DNA from: Carcharhinus amblyrhynchos
Taxonomy: Eukaryota
DNA: 64,000 nt
Assembly (NCBI GenBank): GCA_965287045.1
Contig: OZ336872.1
Coordinates: forward strand, 81,034,001 to 81,098,000
Reading direction: 5' to 3'
Positions 24,101-37,190 of the stretch are shown piece by piece. How positions within the stretch are numbered: position 1 is the stretch's first letter; every line of letters begins with the position of its first letter. Under the pieces are notes generated by a model. It was not told the DNA's origin. It worked only from the letters and a program-made list of their open reading frames with translations, and made no database searches. The position numbers and the translations under genes were made by a program.

Positions 24101-25119
24101 GTTATCCTGGGCTGGGTAGTCAGAGAGTAGATCGTGTGTGATTCAACCCCTCAAGGAATATATCCAAACAGAATTGGTAACCCTAAGCTAAGACTTCACT
24201 GAAGTCAACCCTCTCAAATAGTTGTGAACCAGGGCTGTCCAAACTGGGGGTCATGAGAGGAGACTTAGGGGTCATGGGTTACACAGTTGCAATGGCTGCT
24301 GGGAAGCTCCGACTGAATATTCACAGCTGTGCAACCCTTTAAATCCTCATTTTATTAAACAGTGGTATGGCTTACAAGATCCAAATTTGAGGCCTTAATT
24401 GCTGTTCCATAAAACCCACTGCACTACAGCTGCTCTTCCCTAAAGGGGTTGCCCCTCCAGGATCATGCCTGGGTGCTGGGTCTTTTTTTTACACAGCAAA
24501 GAAAGCTGTCCTTGTCCCTTGCAGTCTGCACTTTCATTTCGGCAGCTCCCGTGCGGCTGGTTGCGCTGTCGAGCACTGAGTCTGGAGACTTGCATTGGCC
24601 CATAAGACCACGGCCCCCCCAGCATCAGGAACCCGCTCACTGTCCCTGACTGATGGCTACCTCACTTCCTGACTTTAAGCCAGTATATCAAAATTGCAGT
24701 GCGTGTGCCCTAAAAAGTTTGTTGCAGGGTCAAGAACCAGAATTATTCCCTATTTCCAGTTCCCCACCCATGATTGAAAATTCAGTCCTTCATGTTGAAT
24801 CCTTCTAATAAAGCCAAGTAGTTCTTATCAAAGTCACACATCCAACGTGACTATAAAAAAACTAACTATTTCTCACCACATCATTTTCCTCCAATGCCTC
24901 TCCACCCTCATCCAGTTATTGGGTGGGACTGCAACTCACCAGGTTCCATTCTTAACTGTCTAACTGTGAGAATTATCAACAATAGGTTCTCTTTTGAGTC
25001 CTGTAGTTGCCTTGGAGTCTTTCAAGGACATATCCCTGGTCCCTTCCTATTTCTGAGCAGCATGCTGCTCCTTGCTAAATCATCTGCAAAGACAACAGCA
25101 GTTTCCACATATAACATGG

Positions 25120-25440
25120 ATGGTACAGTGGTATAATGGTTAGCATTACTGCTTCACAGCATCAGGGACATGGGTTTGATTCCAGTCTTGTATGGAGTTT
25201 GCATGTTCTCCGTGTGTGTGGATTTTCTCTCACAGTCCAAAGATTTGCAAGTTAGGTGGATTGGCTGTACTAAATTGCCCTTTAGTGTTCCAGGGTGTGT
25301 GTAGGTTATGGGGATTAGTGGGGTAAATGCATGGGGTTAAGGGAATGGGACGGAGGGTGGGCCTGGGTAAGAGGCTGTATCGAAGAGTTGTTGGGCCAAA
25401 TGGCCTGCTTTCACCTGTAGGGATTCAATGATTCTATAAT
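25120..25440 (+). mobile_element. HE1-type V-SINE (CR1 tail)
   Basis: Head, V-domain, gggccaaatggcctgc tail. Confidence 0.78.
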
Positions 25441-25799
25441 TCTAACCTAATCATACTTCTTGAGTTCTCTAATAAAGATTGCTTCTTCACATTAAGATTC
25501 CATTTGCCTCATTCTTGACTGCACTTAACCTATCTTAACCTGTTGTATAGCCTGTTTGTACTTATTGCCTGATCAATAGCAAAGAGCTGCTGTTTTTTCA
25601 CCAAAGTTCAGGTGAGGTGGTAGCCCCAAGTCTACCTCAGCCAGAATGTAGATTGAACGCTGTGCTGTTGGCATTAATTAGATACACGTGCTAGCTGTCT
25701 AGCTGATTGTGCTAACTGGCCCCCATACTCCCTGGTGATATCCGCTTTACCGCACCACCTCCTGTCTTGTCTCTTCCAAAGTCTTTGAATTGTCACACA

Positions 25800-26560
25800 G
25801 CTCGCCTGATGTATAGTACTGGACAAGCAGAAATTTTCTTCAATTAAACATTGGCAAGACATTGATCCCTGCTACAAACTTCACTTCTTTGACATTGACT
25901 TTGTCCCTTTTCCTGGCAACTGAAGCAGACTCTTTGCCACATTCTGGTCATAAATGATCCCGTAATAAGCTTCTGACCATGTAACTGCACCAATGCTATG
26001 GCAGCTGATTTCTACCTCTGTAATATTGCCTGACTCTCACTTCCACCCCTAAGCTGCCTCAGCTCTGTCATTGCTGACACCTTCATTTTTGCCTTTGTTA
26101 CCTCCAGACATGACTATCTTAACGCAGTCCTAGCCAGCCTCCCATATTCTGTCCTGTAAACTGGAGATCATCCACAATTCTGTGGGCCATGTCCTAACTT
26201 GCACCAATTCCTGTTCACCAGCCATCCCTTGCTAGCTGAAGTTCACTGGCTCCCAATTTTACAATGCCTCAATTTTGAATTCAATTCTCCTTGTTCACTA
26301 ATCCTTCCTACATCTGGAAACACCTCCAGACTCCATAAGCCACTGAGATATCCAAGCTCCCTCAATCTGCCCTCTTCAGCATCAGCAATATTAATTAGTA
26401 CACCATTGGTGGCCATGCCTTCAGCTACTTGGGATTCCCTCCCTAAACTTCTTTGCCTCGATACTTCATGTTCCTCCTTCATCTTTCCTAATCCCCCTGC
26501 ATGGCTTGGTGTCATATTATATTTTGTAATGTCTCAGTGAAATGTCATGGGACATTTTAT
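25800..26560 (+). mobile_element. Ancient L2-like LINE remnant
   Basis: HAFVTSRxDYxN-like and LHWLP-like remnants, L2-type tail. Confidence 0.55.
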
Positions 26561-28739
26561 TCTGACCACAGTTTACCTATCTTAACCCGTTGTATAGTTA
26601 ACTTGTGCTGTCCTCATAGTTTGTTGTCCCAACTGGCTTTATATAGTCAGCAAAGTTGAATATACTATTACACGCGGTCGCCTCATCTAAGTAATTGATG
26701 TAGATTGTAAATAGTTGTGGCCCAAGCAGTGGGGTTGCTGGACGCTGGCCCATGGGGCCCCAGCACTGGGTCTACTGTGCTGTACCCGGCTGGCCAGATC
26801 TGAATCTATTTTATGAACAATTACAAAATCTGAATTTAAAACATGAATCAGATGTTTGCTTTTTAATTCTCGGTCGATTATATTAATATAGGGGTACACA
26901 CTTACTAACAGAAATAGTTTAGTCCACATTCTCCTGTCCATAAACTTTAGTCATGAAGTGTACTTCAGGGGTGGAAGTAGAGAGGTTCTGGTAGAGAGGG
27001 GCTAACTTTGTCGCTGATCTTCAGGGCCTGAACGACTATGACTTGTGCAGAATTGTAAAAAAAACTACAAGCAATGCAATATTCAATTTATCACTGTTGT
27101 TGAGTTTTTGTTAAACTGCAAGAAGTAAATTGGACTGTGTTGATATTTTCAACTGGACAAAAGTACTTACTTCAATAAAAAAGACTTAAAAATGTTATTT
27201 TTCAATTTTTCTTAAATTCCTTAACTGTTTATTAAAACATGTTAGGCTCGTCCACATAGAGCGTGCTAAGTGCAGTTTTGCTTCATTTGACCAAGTTGTA
27301 ATTCTACAAGGTAGGTTTAAAATTGTCAAATTCACACTGCACACAACAAAGTCAAACCAAAGTTAATATACATATTTAATACCCAATACCCAATTTTAAT
27401 TATAAGCCATCACATCAGAAAAAATGCTGAACTTACTTCTGCAACAGCCGTTTTGACATGGAAAATAAAGAATTGATTATACCATGAATAAATTGTTGTG
27501 TTGGGGTAATTGTGTGATTTGACAAGGGCACTAATATAATCACTAAACCTACTGTTTAGAGATAAGTAAATCCACAAACAAACTTAGTTTTAATTTTTAA
27601 GTGAACAACATTCGGAAATTGAACAGCTTGTAAAAGATAGTTAGATACGATCAGATTGTTTTCCTGAATAATTTATTGTTATTGATAATTTCGGCTCTCT
27701 TAGGGAATGGATAGCAGGCAGTTTTTTAAACTGCAAACATGTGACACAGAGATACCAGGAAGAGCAGACAGGGCAGTTTCAATGGATGTCAGCATAGAGG
27801 AGGTTCCATTAAAGAGACCACGACAATAAGTGCCAAACTAGTGGATGTTGGTAAACATGAAGCATCTGATTTTTGAGGTATTGAAAATAGGTCAGTGCAG
27901 TTGAAATGAACATAGTACCCATTGTCGACAGAGAAAAGACGACTACAACAATGATATTAACAACAATAATGGCAATATTGGCTTTAAAGAGCAATTGTAA
28001 CTGAGAGTTAAGCATGCTGGGATTTTCAGGTAACTTATGATTAAAACAGATGCAGGCCATAAAGTACTGTTGCTATGATCTGCTCTGTGAACCGTGACCT
28101 GACACTTCCTGGGTTGACCAAATATGGGAAGTTGTTTGCTTTGAGTTGGACCTGATGGTGCCAATAGAGAATAAAGCTATGTGTTCCAAATGCAAGCTTG
28201 GGTGAACGTTATAGAGTCATTTACAAGTAATTCCATTGGCCAGGTCAAGCAATGTGATTGGTTTCTGGTTACACCTATGGCTGGATATCACAAAACTTTC
28301 TGGAAGGTTAAGACAGTTTTAGAATAAAGACACATGTTCAACCCTTTGTTTTCAGCTCAGATTAACTGTCGCAAATGTGCCCTGAAGAACACCTTCACAG
28401 AAAGACCATGAGGACAGATTCTCCATCAGGAACGGACATGACCATTTTGTTCTACACTGGGTAGTATCTGTTTTCAGTTAAAGAATTAGAGTTACTGTTC
28501 AGCTAAAAAGCTAATGTTCAGTTAAAGAACTAATGTTCAGCGAAGAGTTAGTGTTCAGTTAAAAGTTAAGTTTAGGTAAGAATTGAAGTTTAGTAAAAGA
28601 ATTAAGAATTGAAGTTCAGTAAAAGAGTTTAAGTGTTGCAATTGTTGTAAGTTTGAGTTTGATACCAAAAGTGTTAATTAAAGGGAAGATTGTTGAGAGA
28701 GTTTGAATCAATTCCTGTCACATTAAACTGAAATGTGTG

Positions 28740-29410
28740 GAGTGAGTTTAAATTAGTAGCCGAATAATACCATATGGTTTAAAAAGATGTTCATTCCAAT
28801 ACCACTGGTTTGAAAGTTTCAACTGGCTAGAATACGCCTTCAAGCAAAATGCCGCATTTTGTTTTCCACGTCAAAGGTTCAGTTCAAAATACATCAGATA
28901 CAAGAATGATTCATTGATTAATAATGGTTGTAACAACTGGAAAGGGGCACTGGATTCTTTTAGAGAGCATGAAAAGTTAGCAGTCACAAAGCAAGCATGT
29001 TGGCACGTGTGGCTTTCAGAGACAGTATGGTGCATGATGATGTAGTACAGCAGTTACTAGCAGCAAATGACGGTGAGATCAGAGAAAGATGAGAGTATCT
29101 TTGACAGATTATTGGGACCTCGTAATTTCTGGGAAATCATGGAATGCTGTTTAGAGCTCATGACATAACTGAAGGGAGCCCAAATAGGAGGAGTTTTGCT
29201 GAGTGCTTAAACCTGCTGACGAGGTTTGACCTGTTTCTTCAAAACTACAAAGCACCATCCAAACCAAGTTAGACTGCACCATTATCTCAGAATGAAGTTA
29301 TTCAGTGCTGTTCAGAAAAAGTAACATTCACAATAGTCAGTGAAATGAAGAGATTGGGAGTGCATACGATAATGGCAGGTGAAGCAAGAGACAAACAGCT
29401 GCCAATCAGC
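28740..29410 (+). pseudogene. Decayed hAT (Tip100/ZMYM1-like, TTF zinc finger + DUF4371-type) transposase
   Basis: RCSFQYHWFESFNWLEYAFKQNAAFCFP, GCNNWKGALDSFREHE, LFRAHD..N..SF, SQNEVIQCC; contains stops and frameshifts. Confidence 0.8.
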
Positions 29411-29419
29411 TTTCACTAT

Positions 29420-29675
29420 TGGGCTGCATGGTAGCACAGTGGTTAGCACTGCTCCTTTGCAGCTCCAGGGACCTGGGTTTGATTCCTGGCTTGGTGACTG
29501 TCTGTGTGGAGTTTGCACATTCTCCTCATGTCTGTGTGGGTTTCCTCTGGTTTCCTCCCACAATCCAAAGATGTGCGGGTTAGGTTGATTGGCCATGCTA
29601 AATCGACCGTAGATGCATAAGTTTGAGGATTAGTGGGTAAAATATGTACAGATATGGGGTTTGGACTTGGGTGAG
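29420..29675 (+). mobile_element. HE1-type V-SINE truncating the hAT fossil
   Basis: Head and V-domain. Confidence 0.8.
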
Positions 29676-31199
29676 ATTGACAATATTGTTAGCGTTGTTC
29701 TTGTGTTCTATATTCATGGTTTCTTAATATTAAGTATAAGAAAGATTTTGTTTAGAACAAACCCAGGATCTTAAATCTGAAACAAAGGCAACTATGTATA
29801 CGGAAGGTTTCTTGATCAGTATGCCAAGGAACCAAGGAGGGAGCAGGTTATTTTAAATCTAATATTGTGTAATGAAACAGGTTTAATTAATAATCTTGTT
29901 GTAAAAGAGCTTCTGGGCAAGAGGGATCATAATATGATAAAATTTAATATTGAGTATAAGAAAAATTTTGTTTAGAACAAATCCAGGATCTTAAATCTGA
30001 ACAAAGGGAACTAGGTGTAAGGGGTAAGTTGATTAAAGTGGACTGGAAACAACTTAAAAAGGTAATGATAGACAAATCTTGGTAAGTAGTTGAATTAATT
30101 CCTAATTCAAGCATATATCTATTCCTTTCAGAAAAATGATTTAACCATGACTGTGGTCATGCTAAATTCTCCCTCAGTATGCCTGAACAGGCGCTGTAGT
30201 GTGGCAACGAGAGGATTTTCACAATAACTTCACTGCAGTGTTAATATAAGCCAACTTGTGATACTAATAAATAAACTTTATTACTGCAAATTTGGTTTAA
30301 AGTAATGAATTATCTTGATTTTCAAATAATTAATTTTGATTTGTGATTAGACTTGTACTTTAGACAGCGTTCCCAGCCATTTAATAACTAAATCTGTAAT
30401 TAAGGATCATTTGTCACCCTTGCTACGCCTGGGGTGCAACTCCACAGGAAAATGGAGTTGAGACCACGATCAGATCAGCCATGATTTTATCAAATGGTGA
30501 AGCAGGCTTGAAGGGCTGAATGGCCTACTCATACTCTGATTAATATTCTACCTGACACTATTACTAGGGTGCTTGGGAAAACTCCCATTAATGCTTTCCG
30601 TCCCTGGTTTTCTTGGTTATATCTGAACTGATTTAATATCTTGGTTTTTTGCAGTCAGATTCTATCTCTCTATATCAGTATGATACAACATAAATTCTCT
30701 GTTTGAAAATACAACGACCCTGAAATAATTAATTCCTCATCTTAGTCACCCAGCAACCATGCCTCCAGAATGGGTCTTCAGTGAAACATATTTATTTCAA
30801 TCTGCATTAATATATTTTGTTGTGAACGATACACACATTTGGGTACAGTGCACTAGCTTTGTTACCCTCACTGTCGCACTGGACTTATTTTTTTTAAACC
30901 CAAATTGTTACTTTCTGCCCTGCAGCTCTTTGTCTTTTGTTTCTTAAACGCTTTTGAATCAATCCTTTCCTGAACCCTATCAGGCACTCATTGACCATTG
31001 CTGTGCCTTGAGCTGGTTCTGGCTGACGCTGAACACCACGCTCCTGCAGCACCGCCCAACCCCGGCAGGGGGAGCCACACAGAGCAAGTGCCCAGACAGG
31101 AGAGGTCCTTCGCCAGGAGAAGCCCCTTCAGCAGCCTGAAATTCAAATGCTTTTCAAACTTGATTTTTATTTTGAGTTACAACGCATAATAAATTGATG

Positions 31200-31750
31200 A
31201 AAAAGGCTGTGAACGACCTCGTGCTTGGTTGAATCGGAGAGACGGTTCGTATTTATTACGCGCTCAGGCCGGCCAGCTGCCCTGGGGTCCTGGCGGGGTT
31301 GCTGTGGAGATCTAAGATGGCGGCGCTCTGGCTGGCCGGCTCCGGTGGGTACAAATGGGGCCGGGAGCGCCTGCGTTGGGCTCGGGTCAGGCTCCGGTCT
31401 TTGGGGGAGGGGGGGGCAGGTTTTAGCCGCTAACCCTTCACCGCAGGAGCGGAGGTTGCAGGGATTGGGGCTGCGCTGGCGGTCCATTCCGCTGTCATTT
31501 CCTGAGTGTGAACAGTCAGTAACGGAGGGGGGGAAGAAGGGGGCGGGAGCTGTGATTGACAGCGCGGCTGCCCAATCAGGGAGCGGCTGGCCTGTGCCCT
31601 GCAGATCCTGTCCAATTAGCTGGAGGCGGGGGCGGGTCCCGCGCGGGGACATTCCAGGTTCGGTCGCGCGGCGGATCCTGATTGGAGTAGAGAAGAGGAA
31701 AACTCAGGCTGCGAATGTGAGCCCGGGACTGGAGCCCGCAGCATAAGCAC
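31200..31750. promoter_or_regulatory. CpG island / UGGT1 promoter region with YY1 motif, GC boxes and CCAAT boxes
   Basis: Only CpG-dense non-repeat stretch in the window; AAGATGGCGGC at 31314-31324; GGGGCGGG at ~31540 and ~31629; CCAAT at ~31572, ~31612 and (minus) 31681-31685. Confidence 0.85.
31317..31344 (+). CDS. UGGT1: UGGT1 coding exon 1 (MAALWLAGS, phase 1)
   Basis: aagATGGCGGCG (good Kozak, overlaps YY1 motif) in CpG island; donor G|GTGGGT at 31345; phase 1 joins exon 2 in frame. Confidence 0.8.
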
Positions 31751-31751
31751 C

Positions 31752-31897
31752 GTGCAACCAGTGAGCCACTGCAGGGCAACCGGTGTGCAACCAGTGAGCC
31801 ACGGCAGGGCAACCAGTGAGCCACGGCAGGGCAACCAGTGTGCAACCAGTGAGCCACTGCAGGGCAACCAGTGTGCAACCATTGAGCCACTGCAGGG
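31752..31897. repeat. Compound minisatellite (22-bp gcaaccagtgagccactgcagg plus 11-bp gcaaccagtgt units)
   Basis: Directly visible tandem units, decaying further downstream. Confidence 0.85.
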
Positions 31898-34625
31898 TGG
31901 GCACCCTGGAGCACTGTGCTACCATTGCGATATAATATGGATACCCTGGAGCACCCTGCAACCACTGAGGACCCCTGGAGTACTGGAACTACCCTGCTAG
32001 TGTCTAGCTTGCAGGAAACAAAGCTTTTCACTGCATACTAATACATGTGATAATAAATCACTGCAGCATAGGCACCTTACACAACTCTGCAACTACTGTG
32101 CCTTGGGCACCTTGGAGTACTGTGCAACACCTGTGCCACCACAGCTTGTGGAATTTGGAGTACCATACAAAACCAAACCTCTGTGACATAGGTGCCCAGC
32201 ATACTGTGCAATGCATGGAACCTTGGAGTACTCTGTCACTGTGGCACTGGTGCCTGCAATTTTCACATTGGTACCAAAACACATTTAGCCAGATAAGGTT
32301 ACTCTTAATGGTGCCTTCTGTTGGCCATGCATAAATGTTGTAGCAACTTCAAATGAGGGGCACATTTATGGCAAGATGGACATTTTGAAAAATTGCTACC
32401 CAAGTACCCAGCTGGCTTCATGAAAGCAGCAGCTTGCTGTTTGTCTCATCATTGAATGACAAGTAGTTGCTATGTTTGCAGAAGCTATTAGCTAAACCCA
32501 TCACTGAATGTTGGCCTTTTTGCAAGTGGAAGTAACCCTTTTAATGATATATGTTAATTGCTGTTAATCTCTGGCACTCAAAATGAACAATTGTGAGTGT
32601 GAAAATTATTTTCTTTTTGTGCTTATTTCTGCTTTGGGTAGTAATTATGGGAATTTTACTTTTACTTTCTGTTTCTCTCACAGTTCAATTTTCTTTCCCT
32701 TCTTTCCTTTTCAGTATTTAATTTTACATCGAATTTGCCTACTATAATTTGCACTGTCATCTCAGTACTTGCACTGTTAATTTCACAGTCCTTTAATCTG
32801 TTTGGGTGACATAAACATTTATGTTTTCCAATTGCCCAGTTTCACACATTGCAACAATATTGTGCTTTCAGTAAATTGCCATGAAAAAAAAATCAAAACC
32901 TATGGGCATGTCATGAAAAGACCACGTCTAACTCAGTGCAGATGCCATGCTGCAGCAAATTATGACCCAAAGCAATTGCAGCATGGTTACAGAACATGCT
33001 ATATTAAGAAAATGAATACATATATTGATACTGAATGTAGACCTGTGGTATGGCTGATGAGGATATTTAGAAACCAGGGACTACATTTGCTGCTAGACAA
33101 TGCCTTGAGGTCCAGATATGTGACCACAGGCTGATTTTTTTTGCACGATATCCCTCTGAAACCCTGTCAATTTGCTGGTATTTTCACCATCTTATGGGGT
33201 ATAATGTATGATCCTGCTGTGACAATGAAAATGGTGCCAATGCACCGGCATGTTTCATGGTGAATTATACTGTATACTAAGCTTAATTGTGAAAGGTTCC
33301 TGAAACATTGTTTCTGTCCTGTGCAATTCCCAGTTGTCTGGTAATGATTCTTGTGGAAGAGAAAGGAAAGCGAATTGTCTGGAACCAAGGCAACACTTTA
33401 ACATTTGACTGGAAGGCCATCCTGACTGGTTAGAGGCAGTGGGAAGCTTGTTTGGCAGGTTGTGTCATTACACTGTGTTCATCCCCAGACAGTACTCTAA
33501 TAGGTTCCCTCTGTTTTGGTTCTGCTAATCTTGTCCATAAGCTCCTACTAAATAGGATGTGACCCTAAGGGAAGAGACCCTTACATACTTCTGTAAACAT
33601 TCTTTGAAACATGGAATGGATTTCTAAAAATATAAAATAGCTAAAATAAATTAGCCATTTCATTTTCATAAGCAGAAATGCTGAAAGTGCTCAAAGAAAC
33701 TTGAGTATTATGTGCGCAAGTACTTGGAGAGACGCGACAGGCATCCAGATGGCCCGCAGAATTGTAAATTCATCACTTTTATTATTTGCTACAAATGTAG
33801 AAACACTAAAATGCTCTGGGGCATTGGCTGGTACAGAGATCCCTTCTGCTCTTTCACTTCTGGAATCCAAAATCGGTGTTGACTATTAGCATAAAGTTTC
33901 ACTTATGGCTGAAACATATCAAGTTGTTGGAACAGAAAGGCCTGTATTTAGTGCGTGCTTTGAGCTGTGTTTTATCATGGTATGTTTGATACTGACATTG
34001 AATAGTGGAGGTGAATAGGTCTTCACTTTCTATTTCCCAAATACATAAACTCAATTATGTATTGTGATGTGACAATCTCATTTGTTTGAGTTTGCTGCTG
34101 GAAAAACAAATTGCTGAATAGTTATAGAATAGAGTCCTAGAATGGTTACAGAAAGAATTCACAGAAGCCTGTTCAAATCTGTGAAGACTCTCTCTGCAAG
34201 AGCAACTTGGCTAATCCCTCTCACTTTCCTATACCTGCAGCCCTGTAATATTTTCCTTTCTGGTGCCTATCCAATTTATTTTTGAAAACCAAAATTGAAT
34301 CTATTTCCGTCACTCTTTCAGACAGTACATTTCAAATCAAAACCACTCGCTGAATAAAAGGTTTTCCCTTCAGTCACTTTTCTTTCTTTTGCCAATTACT
34401 TTAAATAGGTTATGCACTGGTTCTCGACCCTTCCATCAGTGGGAAACATTTTCCCCCATCTATTCCATTGGACCCCACCAACAAATCTTTCAACCTTCTC
34501 GTGAAGGTGAACAACCCCAGCTTCCTCTGTCTATCTTAAACTGAAGTCCCTCATCCCTAGAACTATTGTAAATTATTTTCTTCTGGGTATCAGTCTGTTG
34601 TTGGCATATCTTGAATTTTTTCATT

Positions 34626-34880
34626 GTTACAGCAACTAGTATTATGATTTTAACAAGGTCCACTTTGCGGCTCTCCTAGAATACGAGCTCCCTGATTAAG
34701 GCAATATGTTTTGTTGAATCAGGGAGCCCTGCCTGTGTATATAATGTGGAGTATCAGGGTTACTGGCACTTTGGATTTGTACTGCATATGAGGAAGTAAG
34801 TACCTGTCTGAGGGTTGCTGACTATGTAAATAAATCTTAAGTTTGGTGAAAGGACACCTACCTCAGAGGAGTTATTTCTT
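34626..34880 (+). mobile_element. Possible short solo LTR
   Basis: TGTTA start, gctccctgatt/aatcagggagc hairpin, TATATAA, AATAAA; 3' end and TSD unclear. Confidence 0.4.
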
Positions 34881-34999
34881 TTAGTATTTGTCAATAGTAA
34901 TTAGGTTCATGTTTCATTCCATGCTCAGAGTGAAGTTACAAATACCATGTTTGCAAATATCCGAGTCAAGCTTTTGGTTTAAAATTCCAACGTAGTAAC

Positions 35000-35960
35000 A
35001 TATAGTACCATTAGATTTACTGATTGCCCAGGTAAATTGGAATCGAAGATCGGGGCAGGTAGAACTGACATTAAAGGGTTGTCCTGAAAGAGGAGATATT
35101 TGAGATACATTCCCACCAGTAAAAAATGGTAGGACAAACAAAGCCAGAGCTCTCAGGGTGACAACAGTGATGGAGAGTAAAGACGAAGCAGGAAAAGGGT
35201 GGCTGTGAGGTAGATAATACAAATGAGAACCAGGCTGAGTTGAGAAAGTTCAGAGGGGAAATGAAAAAGCAAATAAGAGAAGGGAAGAGCAGGTATGAGA
35301 CCAGATTGGCAGGCAATATAAAAGGGAATCTAAACGTCTGCTATTGGCACTTAAATAGTAAAGAGGTTGTCGAAGGAGTAGTAGAGATGATTAGGGACCA
35401 AAAGAGGGATTGGTATACGGAGACAGAGGGTATTGCAGAGCCTGACGTCCTAAATGAGCACTTTGCATTGTCCTTACCAGAGTAAAAGATGTTGCCAATA
35501 TCATAGTGAGAAAGGTGATCATTGCAAAGAGACAGTATTTGTACTTCATAAGGCAACAGGATTGGATACACCTGAGCATACTGAGGGAAGTAAGGGTGGA
35601 GATTGCGGTGATAATCTTCCAATACTTCTTGGATATAGGGGTAGTGCCAGAGGACTGAAGAATTGCAAATATTACATGTTCGTTTAAAAAGTGTAGCGGT
35701 AACCCAGCAATTACAAATCAATTTAACAGCAGTGGAAGGAAAGCTTTTAGAAATGATGAGCTGGGTCAAAGTTAACAGTCACTTGAACAAGGGTGGATTA
35801 ATTAAGAAAAGCCGTCATGGACTTGTTAAAGGCAAACCATGCTTAACTGACCTGCTTGATTTTTTTTTTGATGAGGGTAATATGGTTGATGTAGTATAAT
35901 ACATGGATTTTCAACAAATGTTTGATAGAGTGCAGCATAACAAAAGGACAGTGGCAGCAT
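35000..35960 (+). mobile_element. Decayed CR1 LINE fragment
   Basis: RLAGNIKGN, VLNEHFA, HGLVKGKPCLTDLLDFF remnants. Confidence 0.75.
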
Positions 35961-35964
35961 TTTT

Positions 35965-37190
35965 GAAATTCAATTTATTATTGTCCCATGCATTAGCAAA
36001 CAGTAAAAAATATTTTTGTTGCGTGCTATACATACAAAGCATACCGTTCATAGAGAAGGGAGGGGAAGTGTGCAGAATGTAGTGTTACAGTCATAGCTAG
36101 GGTGCAGAGAAAGATCAACTTAATACAAAGTAGGTCCATTCAAAAGTTTGATGGCAGCAGGGAAGAAGCTATTCTTGAATAGGTTGGTACGTGACCTCAG
36201 ACTTTCTTTTCTCCCCCCCCCACAGAAGAAAGTATGTCTGGGGTTCTAGGGGTCCTTGATTATGCTGGCTGCTTTTCTGAGGCAGTAGGCAGTGTAAACA
36301 GATTCAATGGATGGAAGGCTAGTTTGTATGATGGACTGGGTTTCATTTGCAACCCTTGGTAGTTTTTTGCAGTCTTGGATCGAGCAGAAGCCAAGCTGTG
36401 AGACAGCCAAAAAGAATACTTTCTCTGGTAGCATTGTAAAAGTTGAGTCATAGTGGACATTCCAAATTTCCTTAGCCTCCTAAGAGAGTGAAGGTATTGG
36501 TGGGCTTTCTTAGCTATAGTGTTGGCGTGGAGGAACCAGAACAGGTTGGTGATTTGGACACCTAGAAACTTGAATCTCTCGACCATTTCCACTTCGTCCC
36601 CGTTGATGTAGACATGAGCACATTCTCTGCTATGCTTTCTAAAGTCAGGGACTAGCTCCTTTTTGTTGACATTGAGGGAGAAATTATTATTGCCACACCA
36701 CTTCAGATTCTCTATCTCATTCTTGTCTCATCATTGTTTGAGATCCGACTCACTATGGCTGTCATCAGTAAACATGAAAATCGAGTTGGAGGGGAATTTG
36801 GCCTCACGGTCACAGAAATGTAAGTAGTAAGGGATTGAGGACATTGCCTTGTGAGGCACTAGTGTTCATGATGATCGTGGAAATGCCTATCCTTACTGAT
36901 TGCAGCTTATAAATTAAGGAGCCCCAGGCAATTAAGTTTGGAGATGAGTTTTGTAGGAATAATGATGTGAAAGGCTGGGCTGTAGTCAGTAAGTAGGAAT
37001 CTGACATCGATGTCTTTGTTATCCAGATGCTACAGGGTTGAGTGTAGGGCCAGGGAGATGATGTCTGCTGTGGACCTTTGCAGCGATAGATGAACTGCAA
37101 TGGATCCTGTCAGTCTGAGAGGTCGGAATTGATTCATACCGTGACTAACCTTTTGAAGCACTTCATAATGATAGATGTCAGAGATAATAA
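35965..37190 (-). mobile_element. Decayed Rex1/Babar-like LINE
   Basis: LTSIIMKCFKRLV, VERFKFLGVQIT, KKAHQYLHSLRRLRKFGMS fragments; shorter 3' copies at ~3360-3940 and ~21545-21750. Confidence 0.75.

Noticed and set aside
31167-32031. Long overlapping ORFs across the CpG island and minisatellite
   Set aside because: Expected from GC-rich and repeat sequence; the real coding part is only 31317-31344.
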